Source: a virus (lineage: Duplodnaviria; Caudoviricetes). Taken from it: a stretch of 64,000 nt of DNA. A program made the translations under genes and the position numbers. The stretch is taken from positions 47,213 to 111,212 of IMG/VR virus record IMGVR_UViG_3300028833_000006. One strand, given 5' to 3'. Shown in pieces: positions 9,790-19,533 of this stretch; positions within the stretch are counted from its first letter, which is position 1; every line of letters starts with the position of its first letter. Below the pieces are notes generated by a model. That model saw only the letters and a list, made by a program, of their open reading frames with translations. It searched no databases and was not told where the DNA came from.

Positions 9790-10022
9790 ATTAAATATTG
9801 TTCTATTGGCTTTGCGTCATCTATATTCTCCTCTTCATCTCGCACCACTAATATAAGCGTATTTGTATCTGCAACATACATACTGACAACTTCTAAATCT
9901 CGGTACTGCTTATCTATCATTTCGCCAATACCGTACTCCGCATATACATAATTAGTCTGATTAATTATTCTCACACTTGTTTGAATATCAACTATCTTGG
10001 ATAAATCACGTACTGTTGTCAT
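9786..10022 (-). CDS. Hypothetical protein
   Basis: Start moved to MTTVRD by RBS. Confidence 0.55.
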   Translation of the reverse strand: MTTVRDLSKIVDIQTSVRIINQTNYVYAEYGIGEMIDKQYRDLEVVSMYVADTNTLILVVRDEEENIDDAKPIEQYLI

Positions 10023-10059
10023 ACCTACACCACCTCTCACGCACACACATAACCGCAAC

Positions 10060-10320
10060 CTAGAATAATCTAGCCTGCGGTCTCTTCCTACCCTGTGCAC
10101 TCTCTAACTGCTTTATCTTAGTCTTTAATGCCTCTACATCTCTACGCAAATACTCATTTTCATCATACATATCTGTGTAACAATCTAAATCTCTGTGTAA
10201 CGCTCTTATATAATTTGCAAAATCTGTACTGACAAACTCTTCTGCTATCTCATATATATCTTTGTCACTAAATACCGCTACTGCACCCTTTGGTGTCTCT
10301 ATCATATCCACACTGTTCAT
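10060..10320 (-). CDS. Hypothetical coiled-coil protein ending QARLF
   Basis: Resembles 17128..17454 (I.TP.G...D...IA.EF.S.D.A); start moved to MNSVD. Confidence 0.55.
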   Translation of the reverse strand: MNSVDMIETPKGAVAVFSDKDIYEIAEEFVSTDFANYIRALHRDLDCYTDMYDENEYLRRDVEALKTKIKQLESAQGRKRPQARLF

Positions 10321-10419
10321 CTTCTTCCACCTCGTTATCCTCATCTTCTGGCCCGCCACACATTAAATCGCATAATTCATCCCATGTTAGATTTTCAAAT
10401 GTCTTACCCATATATCCAC

Positions 10420-10602
10420 CTAATCAATATTCAACCATACCAATGTCCGCTCAGTATCAAACCCCATACGTTCAAACTTATCATAGTTTGGTGCACCGCC
10501 AACCCAATCTGGTTCTTCTGTCGGCTCATATGTGCTTCCATATGTCTCACTTGTCTTAATTGGTGCTAAATTATCCATACCAGGATACCGCTTTTTTGTC
10601 AT
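10420..10602 (-). CDS. Hypothetical protein
   Basis: RBS; abuts upstream stop. Confidence 0.5.
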   Translation of the reverse strand: MTKKRYPGMDNLAPIKTSETYGSTYEPTEEPDWVGGAPNYDKFERMGFDTERTLVWLNID

Positions 10603-11046
10603 TTAAACCACTCCTTTCATATCAGCCAACTTATTCCTAACTGCACTAACTTGCTTGCCTATATCACCGATTCTCTTACCTAAATCAGACGGTACTGTAC
10701 CACTCCTAATCTCATTGCCTAAGATATCTACGACAACGATTATGTCATCCAAATCACCAACCAAACTATTGATTTCAGATTTCTTCGCTTTAGGTAAACG
10801 TGCCTTACTCTCTATAGCCCATTCAAGTGCTTTCCATTCGTCATTACTCAAATCGAAAAACTGACCATTACAACTCAAATGCTCTAGCACATACTCAAGT
10901 GCTTGCTCCGCTGTATAGTCTTTGTTAATACTGACGCACACTGCTAACGGTAATATATCCGCTCTAGTGTTTCTGCACTCGCATAATCGTGTATGCACAT
11001 CTGCATCTAAACCTCTCCACAACTGCTCACTTGTCATATTCGCCAC
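10603..11046 (-). CDS. Hypothetical protein
   Basis: ORF packing. Confidence 0.55.
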   Translation of the reverse strand: MANMTSEQLWRGLDADVHTRLCECRNTRADILPLAVCVSINKDYTAEQALEYVLEHLSCNGQFFDLSNDEWKALEWAIESKARLPKAKKSEINSLVGDLDDIIVVVDILGNEIRSGTVPSDLGKRIGDIGKQVSAVRNKLADMKGVV

Positions 11047-11049
11047 CCC

Positions 11050-11367
11050 CTATACATACTGTGCTAAAAACTTCGGTGTCAATACTACCTTGGGATATAC
11101 ACAAAATCCGCTAAATCCCAAATCACCAACTTCTTTGATGTATCCGCTATCTATCATGCTATTTACCAAATCTTCGCAATTGTTGATATCTGCGTAAAAC
11201 TCATACTCCTTACACCCAACACTCTCCTCAAGATTTACGGATACTGTTGCATACGGCTCACCACTCTCTGTATAAGCCTGCACCGCTGTGCTACCATTAT
11301 TAGCATACTTTGCGGTCTTGAAATATAAATCATACTGTTCACCACCAAACTGACTTGTGTACTTCAT
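11050..11367 (-). CDS. Hypothetical protein (DUF4313-like)
   Basis: Y.NNG..A...GEPYATVSVNL, D.NN, SGFCVYP motifs. Confidence 0.55.
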   Translation of the reverse strand: MKYTSQFGGEQYDLYFKTAKYANNGSTAVQAYTESGEPYATVSVNLEESVGCKEYEFYADINNCEDLVNSMIDSGYIKEVGDLGFSGFCVYPKVVLTPKFLAQYV

Positions 11368-11400
11368 ATGTATATTCTCCTTTCGTATAACTACCTTTAC

Positions 11401-11450
11401 ATTACAGTATAAGTATATACCCATACACACCATATGTCAACACTTTTTTG
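11401..11450 (-). promoter_or_regulatory. Repeated early promoter
   Basis: TTGACA-17-TATACT. Confidence 0.75.
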
Positions 11451-11505
11451 TAAAAACCTTAAAAATTATTTGCTTAAAAATTTCTATACGCAAAAAGTGT
11501 AGGAA

Positions 11506-11718
11506 CTAAATCTTACCTAATTCTAATTGCGTTTTTGTATTCTGACTCCGATTTTTGTAGTCTGACTCTGATATTGCTACTATCTGTCTGACTGATATAT
11601 CAAGATTCCACATCCTTATATATCTGTTAGCATCTGCTCTCATTGCTGACATGTTCTTTGCATACCCAACGGTATCTGAAAAATCCGAAAATATAACTCT
11701 ATAATAATTCTTTGCCAT
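11506..11718 (-). CDS. Hypothetical protein
   Basis: RBS GAGGAG. Confidence 0.55.
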   Translation of the reverse strand: MAKNYYRVIFSDFSDTVGYAKNMSAMRADANRYIRMWNLDISVRQIVAISESDYKNRSQNTKTQLELGKI

Positions 11719-11721
11719 ACG

Positions 11722-11907
11722 CTACTCCTCACCACAGTCCTTCATTCGCCTCTTATAATCCGTATCCATTAAAATTGTGTCATTATCGTATTCCTCAATA
11801 TTTGTAACATAATACATACCATCTTCAAACATTTCATCATTTGGAATCAAGATTTTTGCATTTTCTGGATATTTTGATAGTTTCTTAATTAACTGTTTTA
11901 CCGTCAT
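11722..11907 (-). CDS. Hypothetical protein
   Basis: MTVKQLIKKL..YP start typical of small phage ORFs. Confidence 0.55.
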   Translation of the reverse strand: MTVKQLIKKLSKYPENAKILIPNDEMFEDGMYYVTNIEEYDNDTILMDTDYKRRMKDCGEE

Positions 11908-12220
11908 TCTTATCCTCGCTTTCTCTCCACACTTCCCTTAATTCAGCACCACAATAACAAGGTCTATGGTCTATAATACTCACAGTTAATCTGCATTTCA
12001 CATCACGAATAACATCTTTTTCAAAGGTTGTATCGGAATCCAGTTTTCCTCTTATCCTTTCTTCCATTAACAAATCTGCTAATATATCTGGTGTAAGTGG
12101 TATGCCGTTTATAACTGCATCTTTAATGTCTAATACATCACTATTCGCAATATGTTCATATTTACGAATATAATTATAAACTCGCTTAGGTATCTTAACT
12201 ACTAACTCTATATCAGCCAT
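11885..12220 (-). CDS. Hypothetical protein of the MADIELVxKI family
   Basis: Same N-terminus as 56437..56718 and 56086..56415. Confidence 0.6.
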   Translation of the reverse strand: MADIELVVKIPKRVYNYIRKYEHIANSDVLDIKDAVINGIPLTPDILADLLMEERIRGKLDSDTTFEKDVIRDVKCRLTVSIIDHRPCYCGAELREVWRESEDKNDGKTVN

Positions 12221-12222
12221 AC

Positions 12223-12495
12223 TTATTCCTCCGTATATTCTGCAATCACAACCTCAAAATACTCATCAATCTTATTGTCGTATAACAAGCCACATTCTGT
12301 ATGGAAATTACAATCCTCAAGCAAATCTACTATCTTCTGCTGAATGTCTGTGTTTGCACCATACTGATACAGCACCCCCAATACTAAAAGGTCTTGCTTA
12401 CCAAAGCCCCACTCTATATCGGCTGATAAATCCCAACCCCTTTCTACTGAATTTAATGCTGACTCCCAATCTGCTCTAATCTCTTCTCCGCTCAT
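12223..12495 (-). CDS. Hypothetical protein
   Basis: Start moved to MSGEE by RBS; LLEDCNFHTE motif. Confidence 0.55.
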   Translation of the reverse strand: MSGEEIRADWESALNSVERGWDLSADIEWGFGKQDLLVLGVLYQYGANTDIQQKIVDLLEDCNFHTECGLLYDNKIDEYFEVVIAEYTEE

Positions 12496-12496
12496 A

Positions 12497-12709
12497 TTAG
12501 TTCTCCTTTCCGTTGACCAACTCTTCAAGCCTAGCCTTTGCATCTGCATAGGATACATCACCGTCCACCCTATTACCCTCGGCATCGTAAATATACCAAA
12601 AATCTGCTTTAATAGGTCTACCAGTAAATATGTTCTTACTTGCATTTGACTTGATTGTGTAACCATTATCTGCCTTGTATAACCCTGCGCTAATTCTTTT
12701 AATCTTCAT
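12497..12709 (-). CDS. Hypothetical protein
   Basis: Conserved leader AAGGAGAATACAGTATG. Confidence 0.6.
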   Translation of the reverse strand: MKIKRISAGLYKADNGYTIKSNASKNIFTGRPIKADFWYIYDAEGNRVDGDVSYADAKARLEELVNGKEN

Positions 12710-12924
12710 ACTGTATTCTCCTTCCTTTAAAATGCCTTTACCTCATACTCAAACTTCGGCTTGCCACCATACATGTAAGTTCCGCAAAACTCTTTGCCAA
12801 ACTCATCTGCTTTCTTACGGCTTGCAAATGTGGTCAGTGTCAACTGCACCTCATTAGTTCTCTTATTCCTTAATGCTACTCTGTAATATCTTGCCATAGA
12901 CAACTCCTTTCTCTATTCAACTTC

Positions 12925-12988
12925 CTTACAGTATCATTATAAGGGTATACTTATATATTGTCAATACCTTTTTTGAAAAATTTTTCAA
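12925..12988 (-). promoter_or_regulatory. Repeated early promoter
   Basis: Palindrome + TTGACA-17-TATAAT + GTAAGG. Confidence 0.85.
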
Positions 12989-13094
12989 CTTTTTATCTGC
13001 GACAATATCCCCACAAACAGTTTATGCGGTGTAGGAACTCCTACCAAATCCCTAACACCGCACACTATATAACTAATCCCCTACCACGGACTAA

Positions 13095-13559
13095 TTACCA
13101 ACAATCATTTGCTCTCACCGCTTTAGCTGCTCTGTTAAACTCTTTCATCACCTTATTACTGTAACCACCCTCTCTAAGATAGTCTACCCAATCCTTACCA
13201 TCACCGTACTCACAATCCCCAAAGATTGAACATACATCATAATCACCTTCCCAATTTATCGGATATTCGTGATTGTACATCTCATACTCAAATGCCTCAT
13301 ATGCGAAACCATCTTCATTCTCCATAAGATTTCTTAACTCTGAATACTTATCTCTCTTAAAGAATGCCCTTATCACATCAGCATCAGACTTAAGATAAAA
13401 CCCACCTAAATTATTTAGTCTGTATATCTTATCCGTGTCATTCAATGTCAACCCACGCTTATTCATCTCTTCCTCTAACTGCTTTTCTGAAAAGGCAAAG
13501 AATATAGGCAATGCGGAATACTCTTTTTCATTCTTGATTCTATAATCTGCATACGTCAT
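13095..13559 (-). CDS. Hypothetical protein
   Basis: FFAFS..Q, AF.YEM.NHEY motifs; RBS. Confidence 0.65.
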   Translation of the reverse strand: MTYADYRIKNEKEYSALPIFFAFSEKQLEEEMNKRGLTLNDTDKIYRLNNLGGFYLKSDADVIRAFFKRDKYSELRNLMENEDGFAYEAFEYEMYNHEYPINWEGDYDVCSIFGDCEYGDGKDWVDYLREGGYSNKVMKEFNRAAKAVRANDCW

Positions 13560-13578
13560 AACATTGTTCTCCTTTCTA

Positions 13579-14085
13579 TTACGCACTTGCAAGTATCTTC
13601 TTGATATCTGCTAACTTGTACTGATTTTCCCAACCATCTGCCCAATTACCATCTATGCACACATCCCAATAATTCTCGTTTGATACGAAACTGTGGTAAA
13701 CTGCGTCACCGTCAGGACTATATCCGTTAACGCTCTCATTCTTGTGTACCCACATTCCATTTGCACAACCCACTGCGCCAACCTTAAAGCAAGCATATCC
13801 ATTGAATCCCAACCTGATTGACTGCTCAAGGAACTTCTTCATCTGCTTTAACTGTGAGAGTGAAAGAGTGTCGTTCCACCAATCAAAGATTGAAAGGTCT
13901 CTGCATACGGTCGCTATCCTATAAGACCAACTACCGCCCCAACCACGCTTCTTGAACTGAATGCTATCAATATTAGGATTGAAATAATCATAACCTTGTG
14001 CGTTCTTGTCCTCAAGTATCTGAATATACTCATTAATCTTATCAAGTACATTCTGTGCGTTATACTGCCTATAATCTTTTGCCAT
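13579..14085 (-). CDS. Hypothetical protein
   Basis: Leader AAAGGAGAAAACAGTATG behind cassette promoter. Confidence 0.65.
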   Translation of the reverse strand: MAKDYRQYNAQNVLDKINEYIQILEDKNAQGYDYFNPNIDSIQFKKRGWGGSWSYRIATVCRDLSIFDWWNDTLSLSQLKQMKKFLEQSIRLGFNGYACFKVGAVGCANGMWVHKNESVNGYSPDGDAVYHSFVSNENYWDVCIDGNWADGWENQYKLADIKKILASA

Positions 14086-14120
14086 ACTGTTTTCTCCTTT
14101 CAATTAAGTACCACAACTAC

Positions 14121-14183
14121 CTTACAATGATAGTATAAGCCTATCCTTATATATTGTCAATACTTTTTTGAAATATTCTTCAA
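14121..14183 (-). promoter_or_regulatory. Repeated early promoter
   Basis: Palindrome variant + TTGACA-17-TATACT + GTAAGG. Confidence 0.85.
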
Positions 14184-14243
14184 CTTTTTACAAGCCAACT
14201 AAATCCAAACCCAATTCACCTACATTTTCAGACACCGAATTTT

Positions 14244-14723
14244 TTATATTGGATACTCTCGTACCAACTCATATCCTATCGGTGACTTCCTAGATTGCTT
14301 GTAATACTGCTTTTCCACCCACTTAAGACTTCCGTCTGTATTAAGGAATGTGTTATTATGAAAATCCTCTCTACGAACTAAATATCGTACTGACTGGTCG
14401 CCATCTATACACAGTCCTATAAACTTATTATCTAAATAAGATTTACCCTCTGTTTCTTCATACGCTTTAATATAATCATCCATTGATACCCAATGCTCAT
14501 ACAACCACTTACATATCTCCTTTGGCTCAAAATCCGCACAAGTTATGGCTGACTGCTGACCACAGTCATATGACTTAAACCACGGCACTGCAAACTGTAT
14601 ATGCTTATGGTCTATACGCTTACAAGTAGTATCCTCTCTGCGCTCTGCGTCACACTGATGATATCTACAATCACCGCAACCTAAATGACAATGACACTCG
14701 TATATGTTATCTCCCATAGTCAC
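14244..14723 (-). CDS. Cys-rich hypothetical protein
   Basis: CGDCRY...CKRIDH...C..F pattern. Confidence 0.6.
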   Translation of the reverse strand: MTMGDNIYECHCHLGCGDCRYHQCDAERREDTTCKRIDHKHIQFAVPWFKSYDCGQQSAITCADFEPKEICKWLYEHWVSMDDYIKAYEETEGKSYLDNKFIGLCIDGDQSVRYLVRREDFHNNTFLNTDGSLKWVEKQYYKQSRKSPIGYELVREYPI

Positions 14724-15130
14724 ACCTCTCTTTCATAGTACCCATACAATGACTTCCTACCACTATCCCACGTGTCATAGTATTTGCCATCCACACATGC
14801 CACCTCATGGTTAGCGACATTTAATATATACGTACCACTCGTATGTGATTTGGCAAACTCCTCAACCGTAGGTCGCTTTGTACCCTTTTTATTTGACACC
14901 CCATAGTACTTAAACCCCAACTCGGACATTGCTTTTATCTCATCCTTATTAGACAAATTGAATACATTCGGTGTTTGGTATTTACGACATATAGGAATCA
15001 TCCTATCAAATGCCTCTATCCAACTGCACCCCCACGCTTTAGATAATGCACGGATAGTACAGTCGCCATACTTATCTTTTAAGTCTAAATCGTTCGGCTG
15101 ATAATATTCAAATCTCTTCATTATGCCCAC
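14720..15130 (-). CDS. Hypothetical protein, possible papain-like fold
   Basis: GDCTIRAL, NH.VAC.DG.YYDTWDSG (Cys-His-Asp). Confidence 0.55.
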   Translation of the reverse strand: MGIMKRFEYYQPNDLDLKDKYGDCTIRALSKAWGCSWIEAFDRMIPICRKYQTPNVFNLSNKDEIKAMSELGFKYYGVSNKKGTKRPTVEEFAKSHTSGTYILNVANHEVACVDGKYYDTWDSGRKSLYGYYEREV

Positions 15131-15345
15131 CTCGCATTTCCACTGGTTTCTGCTAACTGCTCGTACTGCTCCACCACATCTGAATAATCCTCACACACTA
15201 TATCATCTGTGTCCGACACCACTATGCCCAACCTCTGTATGCGGTTTATATACCTCTGTATAGCGTCCACCTTACAACTTGCCTCATACACCTCTCCGTC
15301 TATGTAGTTACCATTGATATTTCGTATTCTTACACAATATGTCAT
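15121..15345 (-). CDS. Hypothetical protein
   Basis: ORF packing. Confidence 0.5.
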   Translation of the reverse strand: MTYCVRIRNINGNYIDGEVYEASCKVDAIQRYINRIQRLGIVVSDTDDIVCEDYSDVVEQYEQLAETSGNARWA

Positions 15346-15359
15346 ATATACCCACCCCC

Positions 15360-15662
15360 TTACTCTTGAATTGGTGCTACCTGTGACTTAGTGAAGAAAC
15401 TAAGTACTCTCGTACCCTTTTTAGTCTTAGGGTCGGTTACTGTCAACTGAAAGACATTCTTGCTCTCATGTATAACCTCGTACCCCAACTGATACCAGCC
15501 ATACCAAGTGTGAACTTCCTCATTGATTACATTGTCTGCGATTGCATTGATGAAATCTTTTGTCTCTGCCCAAGCAATCCTTAAGCAATCTGCAAAAGAC
15601 ATCTCTGACTCTCTGAATAATGACCAAGCCTTATTCATGATACTTGAAAGATTGTACTTCAT
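15360..15662 (-). CDS. Hypothetical protein
   Basis: YNLS.IM.KAW...L..AW and TW.GW...GYEV.H..K motifs; RBS. Confidence 0.65.
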   Translation of the reverse strand: MKYNLSSIMNKAWSLFRESEMSFADCLRIAWAETKDFINAIADNVINEEVHTWYGWYQLGYEVIHESKNVFQLTVTDPKTKKGTRVLSFFTKSQVAPIQE

Positions 15663-15696
15663 AGTGTTCTCCTTTTCTAAGTGTTCTAACTTTTCC

Positions 15697-15758
15697 CTTA
15701 CAATGACATTATAAGCCCATACTTATATAATGTCAAGTACTTTTGAAATATTTTTCAA
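15697..15758 (-). promoter_or_regulatory. Repeated early promoter
   Basis: Palindrome + TTGACA-17-TATAAT + GTAAGG. Confidence 0.85.
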
Positions 15759-16378
15759 GTCTTTTTCTTCTTTTTAGGTAAATAGTGTTTACATTCACTC
15801 AAAAAATCATCTATACCAACCCACCCACTATCCGCATCATCATATTTAGCATAAATACTAAATTGTGGACATCTAACAGTATTGTACTGCTTATATTTAA
15901 AACAAAAGGGTCTGTGATATGATTTGCCATTTCGTTTCTTTAATAATCTCTTATAATACCAAATACAACCTTGACACGACTCACACTTGTGTGTCGAAGT
16001 GTTCCTATTCTCGGTGTAGGTGATACCCATCTGCTGTCTGAGATATATTATTTCTTGTTTAGTTCCAGTAAAACCGTCTGCATACCCCTTATTGTGAATA
16101 TAGTTATGGCACTTCTCACACAGCGGAATTAAATCTGTTGGTAACTCATGCCCAACTCTCTCATAAGTGATGTGGTGCAAATGAATAGCCTTATTACTCT
16201 TACCACACACAGTACATTTATGGTCTTTAGGAACTAGTTGTTTGCGTAACTGTTTCCAATGTCTTGTCTTTAAATAATTGTCATAGCCTACACAAGTTTC
16301 ATTCGTATCCTCACAATAATATGTCTTGGTATAAACCTTTTGTGACTTATGGCTATATCCCTTCTTTTTCTTACTCAT
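15755..16378 (-). CDS. HNH endonuclease
   Basis: YL....W...R, CTVCG, HLHHITY, L..LC..CH..IH. Confidence 0.8.
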   Translation of the reverse strand: MSKKKKGYSHKSQKVYTKTYYCEDTNETCVGYDNYLKTRHWKQLRKQLVPKDHKCTVCGKSNKAIHLHHITYERVGHELPTDLIPLCEKCHNYIHNKGYADGFTGTKQEIIYLRQQMGITYTENRNTSTHKCESCQGCIWYYKRLLKKRNGKSYHRPFCFKYKQYNTVRCPQFSIYAKYDDADSGWVGIDDFLSECKHYLPKKKKKT

Positions 16379-16631
16379 AATCAACAAAAAAAAACAGTTA
16401 TCACTCGGCAATAGCATAAATATGCTATTCTGGAATTAGCCAAATGATAACTGTTATTCACTATGTTTATGTATGATACAATTCCAGTAGTATCATAAAG
16501 TAAATTAATATTATCAAATATTGTTTATACTGTCAACAAAGAAAGAGCACTGTCATTACGACAATGCTCTCTAGAAAAGGGGGTTACTTCTATGAAATCA
16601 TATATTCATTATACCACAGTACTATAAATGG

Positions 16632-16901
16632 TCAATATGATACCTCTAAAAATTTAACACCTTTGTATATAAAACTTGTTTCTATATAACTCCCATTATT
16701 TAATGTCTCCACCCTGTGTGATGATGTTGGTAACTCTAATATATCCGCTACGGTTTGTAGACAATTATACAAGTGTACATAATCCTTACCACTTGCATTG
16801 CATAGAGTTAAAGATTCATTTATCTTCAAGTCTGCATTCTCTACCTTAGTTGCCTTTATCTGCTTATCTAACCACTTTTCAATCTTCTGCTTGTTTGTCA
16901 T
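16632..16901 (-). CDS. Hypothetical protein
   Basis: RBS GGAGG. Confidence 0.55.
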   Translation of the reverse strand: MTNKQKIEKWLDKQIKATKVENADLKINESLTLCNASGKDYVHLYNCLQTVADILELPTSSHRVETLNNGSYIETSFIYKGVKFLEVSY

Positions 16902-16904
16902 TGT

Positions 16905-17126
16905 CTAATCCTCCACTAATTCAGTTTCCATATCCCAACCACGATTTGGGTCATTCTCCCACTTCTTCCACTCATCTTCGGAATACTGAAATGCCCACTT
17001 ATCTCCATACTTATCGACCATCTGCTGTCTTGCTTCACCATATGTGCCAAATCTCTTCACATAATGTCCACAATGCTTTTGCCCACTACCAAATGTAAAA
17101 TAGTACCACATCCTCTGTTCTTCCAT
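16905..17126 (-). CDS. Hypothetical protein
   Basis: YFTFG.G...AR..M...YG.KWAFQY motif. Confidence 0.6.
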   Translation of the reverse strand: MEEQRMWYYFTFGSGQKHCGHYVKRFGTYGEARQQMVDKYGDKWAFQYSEDEWKKWENDPNRGWDMETELVED

Positions 17127-17127
17127 A

Positions 17128-17454
17128 TCAAACCTCCCTTAATTCATTCAATACCTTTGCTAATTTAGATTTTATCTCCGACACATCATCCAACTTCATA
17201 ACATCAGATATACTTTGCATTGTGTCATTCACAGCACATTCAAATGATAATACAGTACTTTCAAGGTCACTTACTTGCTCATCAAGGTCATCAGAATATG
17301 TTTTCATATCATCACATTCTTGAATAGCGTAGTATAACACATCACTCACAGCATCAGCATAGTCTTCACTGATAAACTCTCTCGCTATATCCTCAAAATC
17401 CTTCACACTCATTATAGTCTGTGTTCCTCTCGGTGTGTCAATTGTATACAACAT
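17128..17454 (-). CDS. Hypothetical coiled-coil protein
   Basis: Start moved to MLYTID by RBS. Confidence 0.55.
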   Translation of the reverse strand: MLYTIDTPRGTQTIMSVKDFEDIAREFISEDYADAVSDVLYYAIQECDDMKTYSDDLDEQVSDLESTVLSFECAVNDTMQSISDVMKLDDVSEIKSKLAKVLNELREV

Positions 17455-17513
17455 GATGCATCTCTCCTCTTTTTTAAAAATTATACGGTCAAAAATGTAG
17501 GGCTTTGCATAAC

Positions 17514-17804
17514 TCAACTAGCATTCGCCAAATTAGTTAGCTGCTTATTGTACTTCACCAACTTTTTACGTACTATAACCTTCTGCTTATCCGTGAGAAA
17601 GCCCCTCTCTATAAGGAACTGTGCCATACTAGAAAGTATAGGTGCATCAACACCATTGAATCCAACACCATTAGCCTCGGCTGTCTCACCCCAAGCCTGC
17701 TCATCTGCTGTCTGACAAGCATATAACTTTTTAAGTGCACCATAAAGCACCTTATCGTTGGTCTGTATAAGGTTTTTGATTTCGTCTGCTGTCCATACTC
17801 TCAT
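17514..17804 (-). CDS. Hypothetical protein
   Basis: QTADEQ...NGVGFNG.DA..LSS.A...KY.KQL motif. Confidence 0.65.
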   Translation of the reverse strand: MRVWTADEIKNLIQTNDKVLYGALKKLYACQTADEQAWGETAEANGVGFNGVDAPILSSMAQFLIERGFLTDKQKVIVRKKLVKYNKQLTNLANAS

Positions 17805-17835
17805 AAGTTTTCTCCTTTTCTAAGTGTTTTTACAA

Positions 17836-17978
17836 TATCTCGGGTAAGGATTTGAATTTCTGTCACCTTACATGATTTAGATTCAACCCAGTGGGTGTTT
17901 TGACTCGTCGGTCTTCTATGTCACCTCTTCGACTACTAAATCTTTAGGTTAAGCGTCTACCTATTCCGCCACCGAGAT
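17836..17978 (-). ncRNA. tRNA-like RNA, copy 1 (no anticodon arm, very long variable arm)
   Basis: ATCTCGG/CCGAGAT acceptor stem, Leu-type D arm TGGCGGAATAGGTAGACGC, GTAAGG/CCTTAC T stem with 9-nt loop insertion. Confidence 0.6.
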
Positions 17979-18255
17979 ATATCTACTACTTTCTGAAATG
18001 CTATACCCCCGTCCAGTCCACACCAACTTGCTAGGCGGTCAACTCTAGCGCAAGGGTTGTTGGTTGTCTTTGCCCCACTTATATTTTACAAGGGTGGTTG
18101 GCTCATGCCTTTGCTTTTATGATGGTCTTACACGGTCTACTTGTGACCTCGCTGGCTCTCCTGTGGTCTGCCATCCCCAACTCTGCTGGACACCTCGGGC
18201 CTGTTGCCCCTTGGGTTTTAGTGACTTTTCCTTGTCTATTCATTTATAACTACCT

Positions 18256-18318
18256 CTTACATTATTAAGTATATACCTATACTTTTAATTTGTCAACACT
18301 TTTTGAAAAATTTTTCAA
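18256..18318 (-). promoter_or_regulatory. Repeated early promoter
   Basis: Palindrome + TTGACA-17-TATACT. Confidence 0.85.
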
Positions 18319-18322
18319 CTTT

Positions 18323-18517
18323 TTAATAATCCTCAAGTGGCGCTAATTCAAATCCACTACAACCACAACAACTACTATTCCACTCCTTGCCATCGCAAAA
18401 GTATTCATCAAACTCCTCTTCTGTGATATTTTCGCAATTCTTGCACTCGGCCTCGCTCGGCTCATAGAATGTTGCGGGCCAGTATCTGTAGTGTCTACAA
18501 TCTGAGCAACTGAACAT
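18323..18517 (-). CDS. Small Cys-rich protein
   Basis: RBS AGGAGG; CxxC motifs. Confidence 0.55.
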   Translation of the reverse strand: MFSCSDCRHYRYWPATFYEPSEAECKNCENITEEEFDEYFCDGKEWNSSCCGCSGFELAPLEDY

Positions 18518-18529
18518 ATCTATACCTCC

Positions 18530-18910
18530 TTACCTACTCAACCTCTCGTTAAGTTCCCATGACTCCTGTCTGTCATGCAACTTCATAGGATTGCTACCAA
18601 ATCTGCTATCACTTGAATAGACAAGTGAACCACCAAACATCCAACCTGCACCTACTGCATCTGCATAAGGTCTTACATAGTCATGTCTTTCACCGAACAA
18701 CTCACGCTCAACATATACACATAAGTTCTCGGGCGGATTGTCCATATCAATTTCGTAGTTACCTTCCTTGTTAAGTATCAGCACATCTCTGTACCTTGCA
18801 CTAATACCATTGTTACTGCAATTACCAATATCCTTGCTCTCAAAGATACTTACACTCAATGCTCTACCACAATTTAAATCTCTTGCTCTTTCATTACTTG
18901 CTAACTTCAT
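18530..18910 (-). CDS. Hypothetical protein
   Basis: CSNNGIS, MFGG....SDSRF, LHDR.E motifs; conserved leader. Confidence 0.65.
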   Translation of the reverse strand: MKLASNERARDLNCGRALSVSIFESKDIGNCSNNGISARYRDVLILNKEGNYEIDMDNPPENLCVYVERELFGERHDYVRPYADAVGAGWMFGGSLVYSSDSRFGSNPMKLHDRQESWELNERLSR

Positions 18911-18943
18911 ACTGTTTTCTCCTTTCAGTTGAATCAATTTTTC

Positions 18944-19005
18944 CTTACATACTCATTATAAGCCTATCCTTATATGCTGTCAATACTTTTTTGAAATAAT
19001 TTTCA
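18944..19005 (-). promoter_or_regulatory. Repeated early promoter
   Basis: Palindrome variant + TTGACA-17-TATAAT + GTAAGG. Confidence 0.85.
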
Positions 19006-19335
19006 ATTTTCTTCTTTTTCTTCTGCAAACCCATTTTCCGCTAAATACTCTGACACGGCTTTATATATAGGCATATCCTTTAAATCATTCGCCACTTCTT
19101 CTCTGTTACCCAATCTATATGTCATACTCCTTGTGGTTTCCTTTATAGGCTCAATACCTAAATACGACTTAATTCGCTTTTTAGCCGTTTCTTTATATGT
19201 ACCACTAATGTCCTTAACTACGACACAGAAATCACCGTTGACTACCTTTGTTCCTATATAAGCCTTACCAATAGAACAAGATACTGCTGATTCTTCAATT
19301 ACTCGCGCCTTATAAAATACTCCATTCTTCACCAT
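19003..19335 (-). CDS. Hypothetical protein
   Basis: AAAGGAG RBS behind cassette promoter. Confidence 0.6.
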   Translation of the reverse strand: MVKNGVFYKARVIEESAVSCSIGKAYIGTKVVNGDFCVVVKDISGTYKETAKKRIKSYLGIEPIKETTRSMTYRLGNREEVANDLKDMPIYKAVSEYLAENGFAEEKEEN

Positions 19336-19359
19336 ACAAATCTCCTTTCTTAAAATCAC

Positions 19360-19421
19360 CTTACATTATCATTATAAGACCATACTTATATATTGTCAAC
19401 ACTTTTTGAAATAAAATTCAA
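19360..19421 (-). promoter_or_regulatory. Repeated early promoter
   Basis: TTGACA-17-TATAAT + GTAAGG. Confidence 0.85.
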
Positions 19422-19533
19422 ATTATTTTTCTCAATTCGGTGGGTGTGGCTACACTTTGTTTCAACACAATGCAAAACCCATAGGCTACTTCATTCACCT
19501 ATGGGTCTGCTGTAAGGAATTTATAGAGAAAAC

